From assembly GCF_006345805.1 (NCBI RefSeq), contig NC_043001.1, forward strand, positions 91,512,001 to 91,576,000: a stretch of 64,000 bases of DNA, in the 5' to 3' direction. The notes beneath the pieces are model-generated. The model saw only the letters and a program-made list of their open reading frames with translations. It did not search any database and was not told the origin of the DNA. The stretch is from Octopus sinensis (taxonomy: Eukaryota). A program made the translations under genes and the position numbers. Below, piece after piece: positions 37,889 to 51,552 of the stretch (position 1 is the stretch's first letter; every line of letters starts with the position of its first letter).

Positions 37889-38200
37889 AAGACGGCGAGC
37901 TAGCAGAATCGTTAGCACGCCGGGCGAAATGATTAGCGGTATTTCGTCTGCCGCTACGTTCTGAGTTCAAATTCCGCCGAGGTCATCTTTGCCTTTCATC
38001 ATTTCGGGGTCGATTAAATAAGTACCAGTTACGCACTGGGGTCGATATAATCGACTTAATCCGTTTGTCTGTCCTTGTTTGTCCTCTTTGTGTTTAACCC
38101 CTTGTGGGTAGTAAAGAAATAGGTATTTCGTATGCCGCTACGTTCTGAGTTCAAATTCCGCCGAGGTCGACTTTGCCTTTCATCTTTTCGGGATCGATTA
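37889..38200 (+). mobile_element. SINE family B dimer, second unit 3'-truncated
   Basis: Same junction aaagaaatag|gtatttcg at 38122. Confidence 0.85.
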
Positions 38201-39185
38201 AATGCGCGCATTATTTAATATGCATAATTTAAGAAAGAGCTACCATTAGTTTCATGCTGCAGAAAGACAATAATTCGGTAGATTTATATAACATGCATAC
38301 TGAGACAAAATGATTGCTTGGAGATACATGGTCTTTTATATAAATATGCCAAATTTTAAATGCTATTTATCTCTCTCTGGATGGAATAACTTGTTTGTTG
38401 ATCCGTCCAATTACAGAACAGTAGATCACACACACACACACACACGCACGCACGTTGTATACACAAAGGAGGGGTGTGTTAAGTACAGACAGAGATATAT
38501 CTGAGTATATTTTTTTTCTTCCTGGTTTGTGCCTACAATCAATTTTTGATTACGTTATATTTTATCTATCATCATCACCCGAACCCAGCACCCGCCTACC
38601 CACCCATATCACACCCTGTCCATCCTCACATCACACGTTATTTTCGCAGCCGCATCCATCAGCTTCACACCCCCCCCACCCGCATCCTACTCCCAACCAC
38701 CTACCCACCAACCCTCACTCAAACGTCACACGTTTCCCGCCTCACCTTCTCTCTACCCTACCCTACCTGCTTACACTTGTTCTCCCAACGATGCAGCATC
38801 ACCCCACCCCAGCCACCCACGTGATCTCTCCCTCTTCGCTAAATGATAAATACTGAACTTTTAGTTTAAGTCATTTAGTAAAATATATATATATAAAAAA
38901 AGGAGTAAAGGCGTCTGTCTACGTAAGTAATGACATAGTAAAGCGTAGCAGAGCTTGCGATTTGTTGCAATGTGATCGCTATGTTTGTACGTGTTCCTCT
39001 GTATATGTACCATTTGATGTATGTGTACGTGTGTACGTGTGTATGCGCGCGTACGTGTGTGATTTTTATGAATGAATCAGGCACGATTTGGGTTTTTTTT
39101 TTCTACTATAATTTCCGCCTCACAGCTTTAACAACCAACCAGCGAGCGAGCGAGCGAGCGTAAACTGCAGATTTGCCGCCACGGG

Positions 39186-39262
39186 AGATAAAGAAGGAGA
39201 AGGAAAAGGAGGAGGAGAAGGAGAAGGAGAAGAAGAAGAAGAAGAAGAAGAAGAAGAAGAAG

Positions 39263-39293
<31 letters not shown>

Positions 39294-39534
39294 GAGGAAG
39301 AAGGAAAAGGAAGTGATGATGGAAGGCGACGAGAAAGATGAAGTTAAATTGTAAGGAAAAGGTGAGCCTTAAGGTGCAGATGCCGGAAACAAAGTGATTG
39401 CGTATAAATAAGAGCGGGGGTTAGGGAGAGGAGGCTGTACTATGAGTGAGAAGGAGAGGAAAGAGAGAAAGGAGAGAGAGAGAGCGGGAGATTGTGTGAG
39501 AGAGAGAAAGAACTAGGGGCAGAAAGAGAAAGGA

Positions 39535-39571
<37 letters not shown>

Positions 39572-39890
39572 AGACATGCTACAGGGTGAGGAGAGTGAAA
39601 GACAAAAGTAGAGGAAGAAAGAAAACGGGAGAGATAGAATGACAGAGAGAAGGAAAGTGCGAAGAAAACAGAAAGACAGGGTGCCGAACAATAAGGTAAC
39701 AAATACTATAAGAGTCACAAAGTGGGTGTCTGAGTGATAGGAAGAGGAGCTTTGGTAGAGAGAAATAGCGAGTGACTAAGAGAAGACTGAAGACAATGAA
39801 AGAGCGTGGAATGAAGACAAAATAAAACGAGGGTGAAGGAAAAAACAGGAAGACAGACTAAGAAGAAGTCGTGGGTGTGAGGAGAGACAC
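39186..39890. repeat. ~700-bp purine-skewed tract including (GAA)n and (GA)n
   Basis: Direct reading. Confidence 0.85.
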
Positions 39891-40569
39891 GATATATTTC
39901 CATATATGGCTAACTAGCAACAAGCGACGCTTCTGATTGGATGGCAAAGCTTGTGTCGTAGAACAACGCGTAAGCTTGAAGTGACGGGCGCGGTAAACAA
40001 TGTACGTATAGCTTTGGGTCAGGCCCAGCCTTGTTTTGCTTTGATTTTACTCTTCCTTCTCACACGGTCTTTTCTTTCTTCCTTTCATTTCGCTTCTCTC
40101 TTTCTCTGTCTGTTTCTCTCTCCCTCGCTTTTTTTCTCTCTAATAAACCACCCACTCTTTCTCAGTCTTCAATATGTACTCAATCCCTTTCAGTGTGTAT
40201 CTATCTATTTATTTATATATATATATCTTTCTTGGCTGCTGGCCAACGTCCGGATTACATAAGAACTTACACAAAACAAAAAACAAAAAGAAACACGACG
40301 ATTAGCTGTTGTCTTTGCACTCGTCACCCTCGTCGTCACATCATTATAGTTATCAGGCCTATCATTAGCGCCCATTAGCAGCAGGTCAGCGACAGTCAAG
40401 TCGTCATCATCAACGTCGTCACCACCGCCACTACCACGGTCTTCGCCGTCATGAGTGTCGTTGATATCATCATCATCATCATCATCGTCATCATTTCTTA
40501 GCCCATCCTTTTGAGAAAGGCATGAACGCCTTGAACTGTCTCCGATGTTTAATTGTAACTCTTTTAACC

Positions 40570-40813
40570 GTTTACTCTCTTTTATTTGTTTCAGTCATTT
40601 GACTGCGGCCATGCTGGAGCACCGCCTTTTAGACGAGCAAATCGACTGCAGGACTTATTCTTTGTTAGCCTAGTACTTATTCTATCGGTCTCTTTTGCCG
40701 AACCGCTAGTTACGGGGACGTAAACACACCAGTATCGGTTGTCAAGCGATGTTGGGGGGACAAACACAGTCACACAAACACACACACACACACATACTCA
40801 CACATACACACAC

Positions 40814-40844
<31 letters not shown>

Positions 40845-41003
40845 AATATATATACATATACATATATACAACGGGCTTCTTTCAGTTTCTGTCGACCAAA
40901 TCCACTCACAAGGCTTTGGCCGGCCCGAGGCTATAGTAGAAGACACTTGTCCAAGGTGCCACGCAATGGGACTGAACCCGGAACCACACAGCCACTCCTG
41001 CGC
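40570..41003 (-). mobile_element. SINE family A
   Basis: Reverse complement of family A; part of the head deleted. Confidence 0.9.
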
Positions 41004-41204
41004 GTACTGATATAAAAGTTGTCCTCTGTCGTAGTGTACATTGTAGTACGGTACAGCCAGCTCTAACTCTCAATCCAGTTTGCTTTGATAACATGTACAA
41101 TGCTTTCGCTAATTGCTTTAGGTGCCTATGTAGTCAAGAGCATAGACATCCTTTCGGCCTTGTCATCCTTGACCCAACAGAGTAACCAGAATGTAAAAGC
41201 TGGA

Positions 41205-41242
<38 letters not shown>

Positions 41243-41839
41243 AGAGGCTGTTTGGAGCAACTTGAAATAAATTTCCTTGCTCAAAGACACAATAACGGCC
41301 CAATTCAGGAATTGAACCTGCGACAATACAATCGTGAGTAGAACGCAGCATCCACTAGGCAAAACGCCGTTCACAGTTTTATTGTCTACTGTTGTTTAGT
41401 CCAGTGTCAGTCCTGACTAAGGGGATTTTATTCAAGCCGTAAGCATTTCTTCTTTTCCTATGTACAAGCAGCACTCGTCCCGTTTAAAAGGACGAGTGGG
41501 CAATTTGAAGAAGATCTGGCTCTTATTTCTAGCAATTTCGAGAGCCTATGTTGACACTCTCTCGTTGGCTTCAATGCTAGTATTTGTTTTAGAGAATATC
41601 CTTGTACGGGGAGTCCAGAACCAGCATGATTTTTTTAAAACTATAAGTGAGTGATTTTAAGATTTAACTCTTTGTTGGTTTGAATGTCATTTCTTCAAGA
41701 GATATCTATATTTCCAAATTTTACTCTGAGGGAGCAATAAGCTACAAAATAGTTTTTTCATGCAGAGTTAACTTATTCATAATGTTAGTAGATCCTTCAT
41801 GAGCCCACCTTTTGGACATTATTCTAGAACAGAGAATTT

Positions 41840-42675
41840 CTTTTTCACTCTAGGCACAAGGTCAGCAGCTTTGGAGAGAGGGATAAGTTGATTACATCGT
41901 CTCCAAAAGGATGAAAAGCAAAGTCGCCCTAGGCGGTATTTGAACTTAAAACGTAAAGCCGGAAGAATTGCCGTTAGTCATTTTGCCCAGCGCGGTAGCG
42001 ACTGTGACTGCTCCCCGCCTTATGAACAAGGAATAATACAAACATTTCTACTTTAGGCACGAAGTCTGAAATTTTCGGGGAGGGGGCCAGTCGATTGCAT
42101 CAACCCAAGTGGTATTCATTTCACTGATCCTGAAAGAATAAAATGCAAAGTCTACCTCGGCGGAATTTGAACTCAGAAGGTAAAGATGGCCGAAATACTG
42201 CTAAGCATTTTGTCCAGTGTGCTAACGATTCTGCCTGGTCGCTGCCTTATAAAGAGGGAATCGTTCTTTGTACTATAAACACAAGGGAATAATCGATTAC
42301 CTCGACCCCAGTGCTTCACTGGTACTTAATTTATCGATCCTGAAAGGATGAAAGATAAGATCGACCCCGGCGGAATTTGTACTCAGAACGTAGCGGCAGA
42401 CGAAATTCCGCTAAGCATTTCGCCCGGCGTGCTAACGATTCTTATTTCTTTATTGCCCACAAGGGGCTAAACACAGAGAGGACAAACAAGGACAGATAAA
42501 CGGATTAAGTCGATTATATCGACCCCAATGCGTAACTGGTACTTATTTAATCGACTCCGAAAGGATGAAAGGCAAAGTCGACCTCGGCGGAATTTGAACT
42601 CAGAACGTAGCGGCAGACGAAATACGGCTACGGATTTCACCCGGCGTGCTAACGATTCTGCCAGCTCGCCACCTT
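41840..42675 (-). mobile_element. Stack of four head-to-tail family B copies
   Basis: Units at about 41840-42022, 42045-42250, 42265-42442 and 42443-42675. Confidence 0.8.
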
Positions 42676-42769
42676 CTAGAGAGGGAATAATAAAAAGGAA
42701 AGCTGGTGGCTAGATTAGAACGCTACTTCCTTTGAACCTCACCACCTTCAACATACCAACGGCTCTTCT

Positions 42770-43095
42770 TTTATTCTTGCAATTGTTTCAGTCATTTGAC
42801 TGCGGCCATGCTGGAGCACTGCCTTTTTAGTCGAACAAAACGACACCAGGATTTATTCTTTTGCCGAACCGTTAAGTTACGGGGACGTAAACACACCAAC
42901 ATCGGTTGTCAAGAGATGGTGGGGACAAACACACACACACACACACACACACATATGAATACATGTATATACGACAGGTTTTTTTCAGTTTCCGTTTACC
43001 AAATCCACTTACAAGGGTTTGGTCAGCCCGAGGCTATAGTAGAAGATACTAACCCAAGATGCCACGCAGTGGAACTAAACCCAGAACTTACCACC
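42770..43095 (-). mobile_element. SINE family A with internal deletion
   Basis: Tail and core on the minus strand. Confidence 0.8.
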
Positions 43096-43539
43096 TCAAG
43101 AATGCCGATCCCTTAGAACCTCTTTCCGATTTACGCCTCTCCTACAGTTGTTAGCCTGCAACATTTAAAACAGAACATTAATGGCATCACTACTGCCCAT
43201 TCTTTCAGATTTAGCAGTTAAAAAAAAAAGCTAAGAGATGTATTGAAAATCGCATGACAATCTTTGACTCTCAAAAATAGGGGGAGATCATTTTAAGAAA
43301 GTAATTTCTCAAAATTACATTTAAATGCTTAAAGGGGAAGAAATATCTGACTTTTGCTTCCTTTATATTTTTTGCCCTGGAATACATTGTTCTTTTCTGT
43401 TTTCTAATTCATTCAGCTATGACATAAGACGGGCGATTAGGAATGAAACGAAATTCCGTATGTAAAGATACGAAGTGGTAGTTTTTTGGCCTTATTCTGA
43501 CAATTTATATATACTAAGCTTTTATTATGTTCTTTTTTA

Positions 43540-43900
43540 GTAAGGCTGCGGGCTGGCAGAATCGTTAGCACGCCAGGCAAGATGCTTAGCGGCATTTCGT
43601 CCGTCTTAAAGACGTTCTGAGTTTAAATTCCGTCGAAGTCGATTTTGCCTTTTATCTTTCCGGGGTCGTTAAATTAAATACTAGTGAAACACTGTGGTAG
43701 TCAATGTAATTGACTAGTCCCCTCACCACTCTCAAATTTCAAGCCCTGTACATTTAGTAGTAAAGATTATCTATGGTCACCGCAAAGGACGTCGATATCT
43801 TTCTGCCTTTCGGGGTCGATAATTTAAATACCAGTGCAATACAGGGGTTGATCAAATCGATTAGTCCCCTCCCACCATATTTCAGGCCTTTTGACTTTAG
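43540..43900 (+). mobile_element. Degenerate family B tandem
   Basis: aaggctgcgggctggcagaatcgttagc head; a second ggggtcgataatttaaatacc unit follows. Confidence 0.7.
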
Positions 43901-43907
43901 TCTTTCT

Positions 43908-44196
43908 TTCTTTGTCGCCCTTTTTAAGCCTAGCCAGGCTTATGGGCCCGGTTTCCCGGTTTCTGTGGCGTATGTGTTCCCCCCAACTGCACGGGACGCC
44001 AGTCCATCGCAGCGTTACTCAAGAAACAGGAAGAGAGAGTGAGAGAAAGTTGTGGCGAAAGAGTACAACAGGAGCTTCGTTGAGCTTTTAGATGTTTACG
44101 CTCAATAAACACACACAACGTCCGGTCTGGGAATCGAAACCGCGATCCTCCGACCGCGAGTCCGTTGCCCTAACCACTGGGCCGTTGCGCCTCCAC
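43908..44196 (-). mobile_element. SINE family D, tail type 2, full length
   Basis: Reverse complement of the D head and body plus the tail seen at 13950-14071. Confidence 0.9.
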
Positions 44197-44334
44197 ATGT
44201 GCCTTTAGTAGAAAGGATTATTTTCTTCTTTAGTCCTAACACCTAAGGCCGGTGACATAGTTTGCATGGCGTATAAGCGACCGAGATGACATTTTTCTTC
44301 AACGGAAGACCGGTCCGTTGCACGGTTGCAGGTT

Positions 44335-44535
44335 TCAAGGCCAGTAAATTTTTAGGGTAAGTGTCAAATCGATTACATCACCAACAATACTTAGTTGGTA
44401 CCTTATTTTATCGTCTCCGAAGTGGTGAAAGGCAAAGTTGATCTCGGTGGAATTTACACTCAGAACATGAAGAACCGGAAGAAATACCGCTAACCATTTG
44501 ATTGACGTGCTAACGATTTTGCAAGATCGTCTCCT
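44335..44535 (-). mobile_element. SINE family B, degenerate
   Basis: Family B core and head. Confidence 0.65.
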
Positions 44536-44757
44536 TCTTTTCAACTGTATACAGTATTTTTTTTTTTGCTTTTTATTAGAGCTTTATTTGTTTCCTGATT
44601 TGTTCAATTTGGTTTCTTTTGTTTTTGTAATTTTTTTGTCTCATATTAAGACCGTGACCCGGAAAAACCGCTGGAATGCCGTACAAGATTCTTAGCGGTA
44701 TTTCTTCCGTCTTTACGAGTATGTATATATACATACATACAAATCTATATATGTATA

Positions 44758-45818
44758 CTAGCTGGTATACCCGGTAATTATCGGGAGTAAAGATGTTCTA
44801 TTCAAACGCCTTATTACTCTGATATAAGAAAGTAATTTCGTTATAACTGCCACAAAAGGTATATTTTCCGTCACGAAAAAGTACAAAAGCTGTCAGCTGG
44901 ATGAGGGAGAGATTATTGGAGGTTGGCGAGAGAGATTTTCGGAGGCTGATGAAAAAGATTGTCGGAGGTTGGCGAGAGAGGTTGTCGTTCACAGAAAAAC
45001 TATTGTTTTACTGTGAGAAAAGCGCTGTTGAAGTGTTAAGTGAAATTTGGCAAATGAAGATCGAATCCACTACAAATACGTTGCGGTAAAAATTTAGGAT
45101 TAGGGTAAAAATGCAGAATTATCGCAGTAATGGGCATTCAAAAATGTATGCATGTATGTATAGAAATGTATGAATGAAGAAATTCAAATTAAGGAAGTGC
45201 AATAGTAATGTTTAGCAGTTCAAAACCGTGAGTAGTGAAATGCAGAATTAGGGCCGCTGATCGTGAGAATCAAATATTGATCATTTCGCTAAAAACTGCA
45301 GGTGGTATGGGTTATTTCCCTTGGGTTGTTTAACTAAAATATTAGAAATATGTAGTCGATAGAAGGATCCATTAGATGGGCCCTATTATCGATTTTTTCA
45401 ACAATCTAAGTATGTCACGAGGTTTCTAGACATGAGTTCTATTCACGTGTCAAATAAAGTAAAGCAGTGATATTGTCTGCAAATTTTAGAAATTGGACAC
45501 ACAAAAAATCAATATTCAAAGTAATCGGAAATAAACAATGAAATTAGTTATTTCCCTTGGGTGTTTAAAAAAAATTTGTGCAGGTGGTGTGGGTTATTTC
45601 CCTTGGATGTTTTAAAAATTAGTTATATGAAGTAGATATAAAGATCTCCTCCAGGGGCCGTATCATCGATTTTGCAACAATCTGAGGTTGCCATGAGGTT
45701 TCCAGACATGAGTTCTACTCACGTGTCAAGTTTCAGAAAAATCAGTATAACGATGTAGGAGGAGTTAGATAACAACGCCACAAACAAACACACACACACC
45801 GATTTTCCACATATTGTA

Positions 45819-45825
<7 letters not shown>
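44758..45825 (-). mobile_element. Non-autonomous Helitron (~1.07 kb) with internal ~160-bp duplication
   Basis: CTAG at 44758 beside the hairpin cccggtaattatcggg; duplication at about 45295 and 45578; 5' end fades into (TA)n. Confidence 0.65.
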
Positions 45826-45855
<30 letters not shown>

Positions 45856-45858
<3 letters not shown>

Positions 45859-46270
45859 GCGCTGGAGTGGTAAGTAGCTAGCTTACAAACCACATAACTC
45901 CGGGTTCAGTCCCACTTCGGTCAGGAGTGGTAAGTAGTTAGCTTTCAAACCACATAACTCCGGGTTCAGTCCTACGTGTCTTCTACTATACCCTCGGGCC
46001 GACCAAAGCCTTGAGTGGATTTGATAGACGGAAACTGAAAGAAGCCCGTCGTATATGTGTGTGTATGTGTGTTTGTGTGTCTACGTTTGTCCCCTCAACA
46101 TCGCTTGACAACTGATGCTGGTGTGTTTACGTCCCCGTAACTTAGCGGTTCGGTAAAAGAGACCAATAGAATAAGTACCAGGCTTACAAAGAATAAGTCC
46201 TGGGGTCGATTTCTTCGACTGAAGGTGATGCTCCAGCATGGACGCAGTCAAATGACTGAAAAAAATAAAT
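45856..46270 (+). mobile_element. SINE family A with tandemly duplicated head (~58 bp)
   Basis: ggagtggtaagtag...ccgggttcagtcc occurs twice in 45864-45973. Confidence 0.85.
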
Positions 46271-46602
46271 GAATATGTATATACATACATACATACATAA
46301 AATGTTGCTATTATGTTAAAATGTCTTATGTTCAAATTTAGCCAAATGAGTTTTATTTTTCAATATTTATTTTTGCTTGCAATAGCCAATTCTTTTTGGT
46401 AAAACTATCGTATATTCAGCTGCTTCAGATGCCAAGATATCAAAAATTGTTAAAATGTAGTACAAAGGTTTTGCTATGGAATGGTGAAACCATTTTTTCG
46501 TTTTCTGAAAAAAAGCAACGTTTTGGACTTACGACACTTTTCATAATAGCAACGATATACAGATATGTGTGTATGTGTATGCATGCCTGTATGTTTGCTT
46601 CA

Positions 46603-46641
<39 letters not shown>

Positions 46642-46812
46642 CATCCAGTATAATTGTCAGTTGATTGGTTGGTTGGTTGATTACTCCATTTACGCTTTAC
46701 ATCGCAGAGAGAGGAGGTAGGAGATATATTTTATCAGGATGAATACACATACTAGCCCTGGCGGATGGAAACGATGAAAGGAACACTATACACAAAATGA
46801 TGGGAAAAGAGG

Positions 46813-46857
<45 letters not shown>

Positions 46858-48177
46858 CACACACACACACACACATACACAAACATACACACACACACTT
46901 ATCCCCCACACACTTACACCCACACCCATACTTCTACCCCCACACTTACATCCACACCCACCCACACACGCACACGATGCAGTCTGAAGAGATGATCCAT
47001 TCGTTCTCTACCATTCCAGCGAATTGGTCATTCATTATTCTACACGTGGCTGATGCATTTTTCATGAAGTCAATGCGATGAATGAACAACAGTAAACTCA
47101 GAAAGTTTTGCGAGCAAGTTTGAGATCGTGCCAGCAACTTCATATTAGGGATGGGAAACTTCCATGAATGAAAAATGAGAAGAGATGTATGTAACGAGAA
47201 AGCCGCATTAACCGAAAAAGTAGAAAGAGCTTGAGATGGAGAGGGAGAAGGAGAGAGAGGGGGAAGGGAGAGAAAGCATGAAATATACTATAGAAGCTTT
47301 TGATTGTTTATTAGCAAGGTAAAGTAAAGAAAGAAACGAAAGTTGAAAGCGGAAATGATTTTTCTGCACAATTGACTGTCTTGTCAAGTTTTAAGTTTTT
47401 CAAGTTATCGAGATTGAATTATGCTTGGCAGGAAATTTTTTAGTTTCCAGATTTTCTATCGTTTGTCAGTATCTTTTTTAGCTTACTGATTTTTCGTTCG
47501 CTCAAGAGCAACGTTTAGGCTTACGATTTTCTTTCGCTCGGCAACAGTTTAACTTGCCGATTACAATCTTTATAGCTTACAGATTTTCTTTTATTCGATA
47601 GCAATGTCTTTGTAGCTTACCGCCAAGTTAGTCTCCTCGGTTATGCCGAAAGTATAATTGATGGTGGCTAAAATACCAATTCATAAAAAATGGAATTCAG
47701 ATGAGTGCTAAATAAGTGATCTAAGGGAAAATTTTCTCAAGAACACCTTCTGCAAGAAAAACAAATAGTTAAGTTGGAAATAGAATTCTTAATGTAACGA
47801 GCTCAAATATACAACCAATAAAAATTACACTTGTGAGGCGTAAGAAAATCTGTTAGCTAAATGATTAATCCTGGACAATAAAAGCAGGACAAATTAAAAT
47901 GTTATTAGATTAACTTAAAATTGTATGTGAGAAATGCAGTGGAGAGTGATTTTGGTCTTTGGTTAGAACTTTCACCGTTTTGGTTATGTTTCAGTCATGT
48001 TAGACCTCCTTAGCCCAAATAGAGTCCTATTTTTATTGGTTTTTGAACACAGCTTATATAAATGGTGAAAGTATAGATAGAGCATGCTGCAAAATACTGT
48101 GCATCGGTGGTTGATGAATTAACTTGAGAAAGGGGCAAACGTAATGTATCTGTTTCTTTTTTTCAAAGAACGGAAGT

Positions 48178-48390
48178 CTATCCATCCATCCATCCGTCCA
48201 CCCATCCACCCATCCATCCATCCACCCATCCACCCATCCATCCATCCATCCATCCATCCATCCACCCATCCATTCACCCATCCACCCATCCATTCACCCA
48301 TCCACCCATCCATCCATCCATCCATCCACCCATCTGTCCATCCATCCATCCATCCACCAGCCCACCCACCCACCCATCCATCCATCCATC
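48178..48390. repeat. (CCAT)n/(CCAC)n array
   Basis: Direct reading. Confidence 0.95.
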
Positions 48391-48866
48391 TACTTTCTCC
48401 AACTACAATTCTTAGGAAGATCGTGAGAGTAGAGTCCTCAGGTACATCCTTTTTATAGAGTCCTATCAGAAGCAACCATCATTAGACTTTCTTGTAGAAT
48501 TCCCAAGCGTGACCAACTGAAACTATAGATATTATCTCATTCTTGGGCTTCATCTTAGTCTCCAGCCAGTTCGCTAGGCTCGAAGAATCCATCTTGCAGT
48601 TATTTTCTACGATATTCCTTAGTACAGAAACTGTGATTTTTCAATGCGGGGAAGAAGGGGTCGACCTATAGAAACTCCCTAATTTTCGAGCTATGCAGCT
48701 TAAAGAGTAACATTATTCACAGATCCTTTGGAGTGACCCCATTTCGGCTATTTGTTTTCTCGATCGTGTTCTTTCGGTAACTACCACAAATTCACGACTA
48801 TAGGTAAGAATAAGCATGGAAACCAAACTGAAGTTTGCCAGTTTCTTTTAACAACCTCTCCTCTTC

Positions 48867-49100
48867 TTATTTCTTTATTTCTTTATTACCCACAAGGGGC
48901 TACCCACAGAAGGGAAAAACAACGACAGACAAACGGATTAAGTCGATTATATCGACCCCTGTGCGTAACTGGTACTTATTTAATCGACCCTGAAAGGATG
49001 AAAGGCTAAGTCGACCTCGGCGGAATTTGAACTCAGAACGTAGCGGCAGACGAAATACCGCTAGGCATTTCGCCCGGCGTGCTAACGTTTCTGCCAGCAC
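48867..49100 (-). mobile_element. SINE family B monomer
   Basis: Close to the other young B copies. Confidence 0.9.
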
Positions 49101-49169
49101 CTACAATTCTAGCATCCAGTTTAGCTTCTGATTCCCATCCCTCTTGGACACAGTCTGACTAGGTATTCA

Positions 49170-49670
49170 CCTCACAGCAGGTTTTCGAGAAATCATGGGA
49201 ATATTGCCAAGTGGTGCACGCTTGCTTTGTAGACCTTGAAAAGACATATGATCACACGCTGCAGGGAATACTGTAGACTGTTTTGTATGAGCTTGACATT
49301 AATGCGCAATTTCTGGTTGCCGTGAAATCCCTATATGAATACCTAGATGTTTGTCGTCAGGTAAACGTTGCTACGTCAAAACTTTCAGCGTGGGTGTTGG
49401 ACTTGGGCAGGGATTCACAATGACTTCTTTCATTTTCATAATTTGTATGAACTGGAGATGCACTATCACTGTCAGTTGGTGTAGGATCGGTCAGTTGATA
49501 TTTATGGACAACATGGTGCTACTTGGATCATCAGAAGGTGATCTTCAGCATGCACTGAGTGGATTCGCTGCCAAGTGCGGCAAAGCAGGAATAAGAATTA
49601 GTATTATGAAGACTAGAACGTTAGTCCTCTCAAGAAAATCTTGCCAGTGTACTCTTAAGAACGGAAGTGA
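49170..49670 (+). mobile_element. RTE-clade (Rex3/Expander-like) reverse-transcriptase fragment
   Basis: VFEKSWEY..HACFVDLEKTYD..VKSLYE..FSVGVGLGQG..FMDNMVLLGSSEGDLQHAL..GIRISIMKT. Confidence 0.75.
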
Positions 49671-50079
49671 TTTCCATAAACCCTAAAATGTAGAGCTGCG
49701 GAAGTGATTTAAAACAAACATCTAGTTCAGCAGACACCATCCCAGGAAGGAACATTTAGTGCTGCTGAAAAGTCAACAAACTGATCAATTTTCTACAGTC
49801 TCAGACTGACAATTGAGAGTGAAGCTTGTTAAACAGTTAAAGTTCTCAGACGTCCTTTGCCCCGACAGTTATCTAGTTGGAGTTCTTTAAGAAGCTAATC
49901 GTGTAGGAATTGACTGCGTCCTGAAAATAATACAAAGAGGTGGCTCATGAGAGAAAGTTTTCTAAATATCGAGAACTAGTTCAGTGTTCAGAAGCCAAGA
50001 TTGATGAGCACGCAGCGAGGTAAGCTGCTCGAGTTTAGTGGAGTGAACATTTTGCAGAGTAGCGTCTGGGCTTGAATGA

Positions 50080-50390
50080 AGGCGTGCGATTTAGCAGTTA
50101 TGGTATTCGGCTCGCGATCGTAAGGTCTTGTGTTCGATTCCCGGCGGCGCAAGACACACTACATCACATTACTCCATTCCACTCAGCAGGCAACAATGAG
50201 TAGTATTTTTATTTCAAAGAATTTCCCTTTCACATGATGAGTCACGTTGATTCTCTCCTTTAAGTGCACGCGTGTCTGTGGAGTGCTCAGCTAATTGCAC
50301 GTTGATTTCACGAGCTGGCTGTTTAGTTGATCGGATCAACTGGGACCCTTTTCGTTGTATTGACGCAGTGTCTGGGCTTCGAATTACTGG
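50080..50390 (+). mobile_element. Family E-like SINE head joined to the family D type 3 tail
   Basis: tRNA-like head (gtgttcgattcccgg) and CORE-like box, then gtgtctgtggagtgctcagc...gatcggatcaactggg as at 19050-19140. Confidence 0.6.
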
Positions 50391-50653
50391 TGCCGCAAAG
50401 AGGGCGGCAATACTTTACAACGCCGGAGTGGCACAGAAAGATATTAGATGATTTGGTATAAAGTGATCTGGCTCGTGGATTGCTGCTGTTGGGCTGCATT
50501 CTAGAATTTGATCAATAATGGGTGGGGTGAAATGAGTGAGAGGGTTTGAAGTTTAAAGAGCAGGCACTACCTAAATCTCCTTAAACTGCACTGTTGATGC
50601 AGCCCAGAGTATGTATGTATGTATGCATGTATGTATGTATGTATGTATGTATG

Positions 50654-50679
<26 letters not shown>

Positions 50680-50685
<6 letters not shown>

Positions 50686-50890
50686 GATAATCCAAATAGG
50701 AAACCACAAAGAGAAAACACAGCAACTCGAGGACGTGGAACAAGTATAGTGTTACTGGACGCTCAGGAAAGGAAAGAAAGGAGGAGGATTTAACGTTCCA
50801 AGCGAAGCTCTTCGTCAGAAATGTAGGAGAAGGAAAGATCCAAGGAAGGGAAGACGGAGGAAAAAATCGCCAACGATACACACGCGTTCA
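50680..50890 (-). mobile_element. Penelope pLTR-like repeat with hammerhead
   Basis: Non-coding unit between microsatellites; shares cctgagcgt downstream of the ribozyme with the 28 kb copy. Confidence 0.5.
50788..50822 (-). ncRNA. Minimal type I hammerhead, A13G substitution
   Basis: Minus strand ATTT CTGACGA A GAGC ttc GCTT GGAA C GTT AAAT. Confidence 0.55.
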
Positions 50891-50917
50891 CGTATGCATG
50901 TATGTATGTGTGTGTGT

Positions 50918-51265
50918 CCTCTCTTTCTCTTTTCAATTTAGAGTAAATTTTGACTGGCCACCGACTTGATAACAAGGTTGTGAAGGAAAGTGTCTTGATT
51001 TAACCGTCATCCTTTAAATGATATGAAGGCCTTGCAGGTTTTTATGGTCCCAGATATCGTGATCATTTGTAGCGTATAAATTAAGGATTTGCATTTTTTC
51101 ACAAGATTCAGTGTTCAGCCATACTTTGCTCCAGACGGGTTGGTATACATACTGTTCCTCCAATCACAATAGGTACGAAGCTGAAAGTGTATCTTGAGAC
51201 CTTGAATTGCAAACTCCTTTTCAGTGGTCTACAGATGTCCTCTTTCTCTTGTATTTTTCTAACCG
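50918..51265 (-). mobile_element. Second RLE-type non-LTR family, 3' end, copy B
   Basis: VRKIQEKEDICRPLKRSLQFKVSRYTFSFVPIVIGG..LQMITISGTIKTCKAF. Confidence 0.8.
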
Positions 51266-51306
51266 CATGTATGTATATATGTATGTATATATGTATGTAT
51301 GTATAA

Positions 51307-51521
51307 AAGGCGACGAGCTGGCAGAAACGTTAGCACGCCCGGTGAAATGCATAGCGGTATTTTGTCTGCCGTTACGTTCTGAGTTCAAATTCCGCCAAGG
51401 TCGACTTTGCCTTTCATCCTTTCGGGGTCGATAAATTAAGTACCAGTTACGCACTGGGGTCGATGTAATCGACTTAATCCATTTGTCTGTCTTTGTTTGT
51501 CCCCTTGTGGGTAGTAAAGAA

Positions 51522-51523
<2 letters not shown>
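51307..51523 (+). mobile_element. SINE family B monomer
   Basis: Close to the other young B copies. Confidence 0.9.
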
Positions 51524-51552
<29 letters not shown>

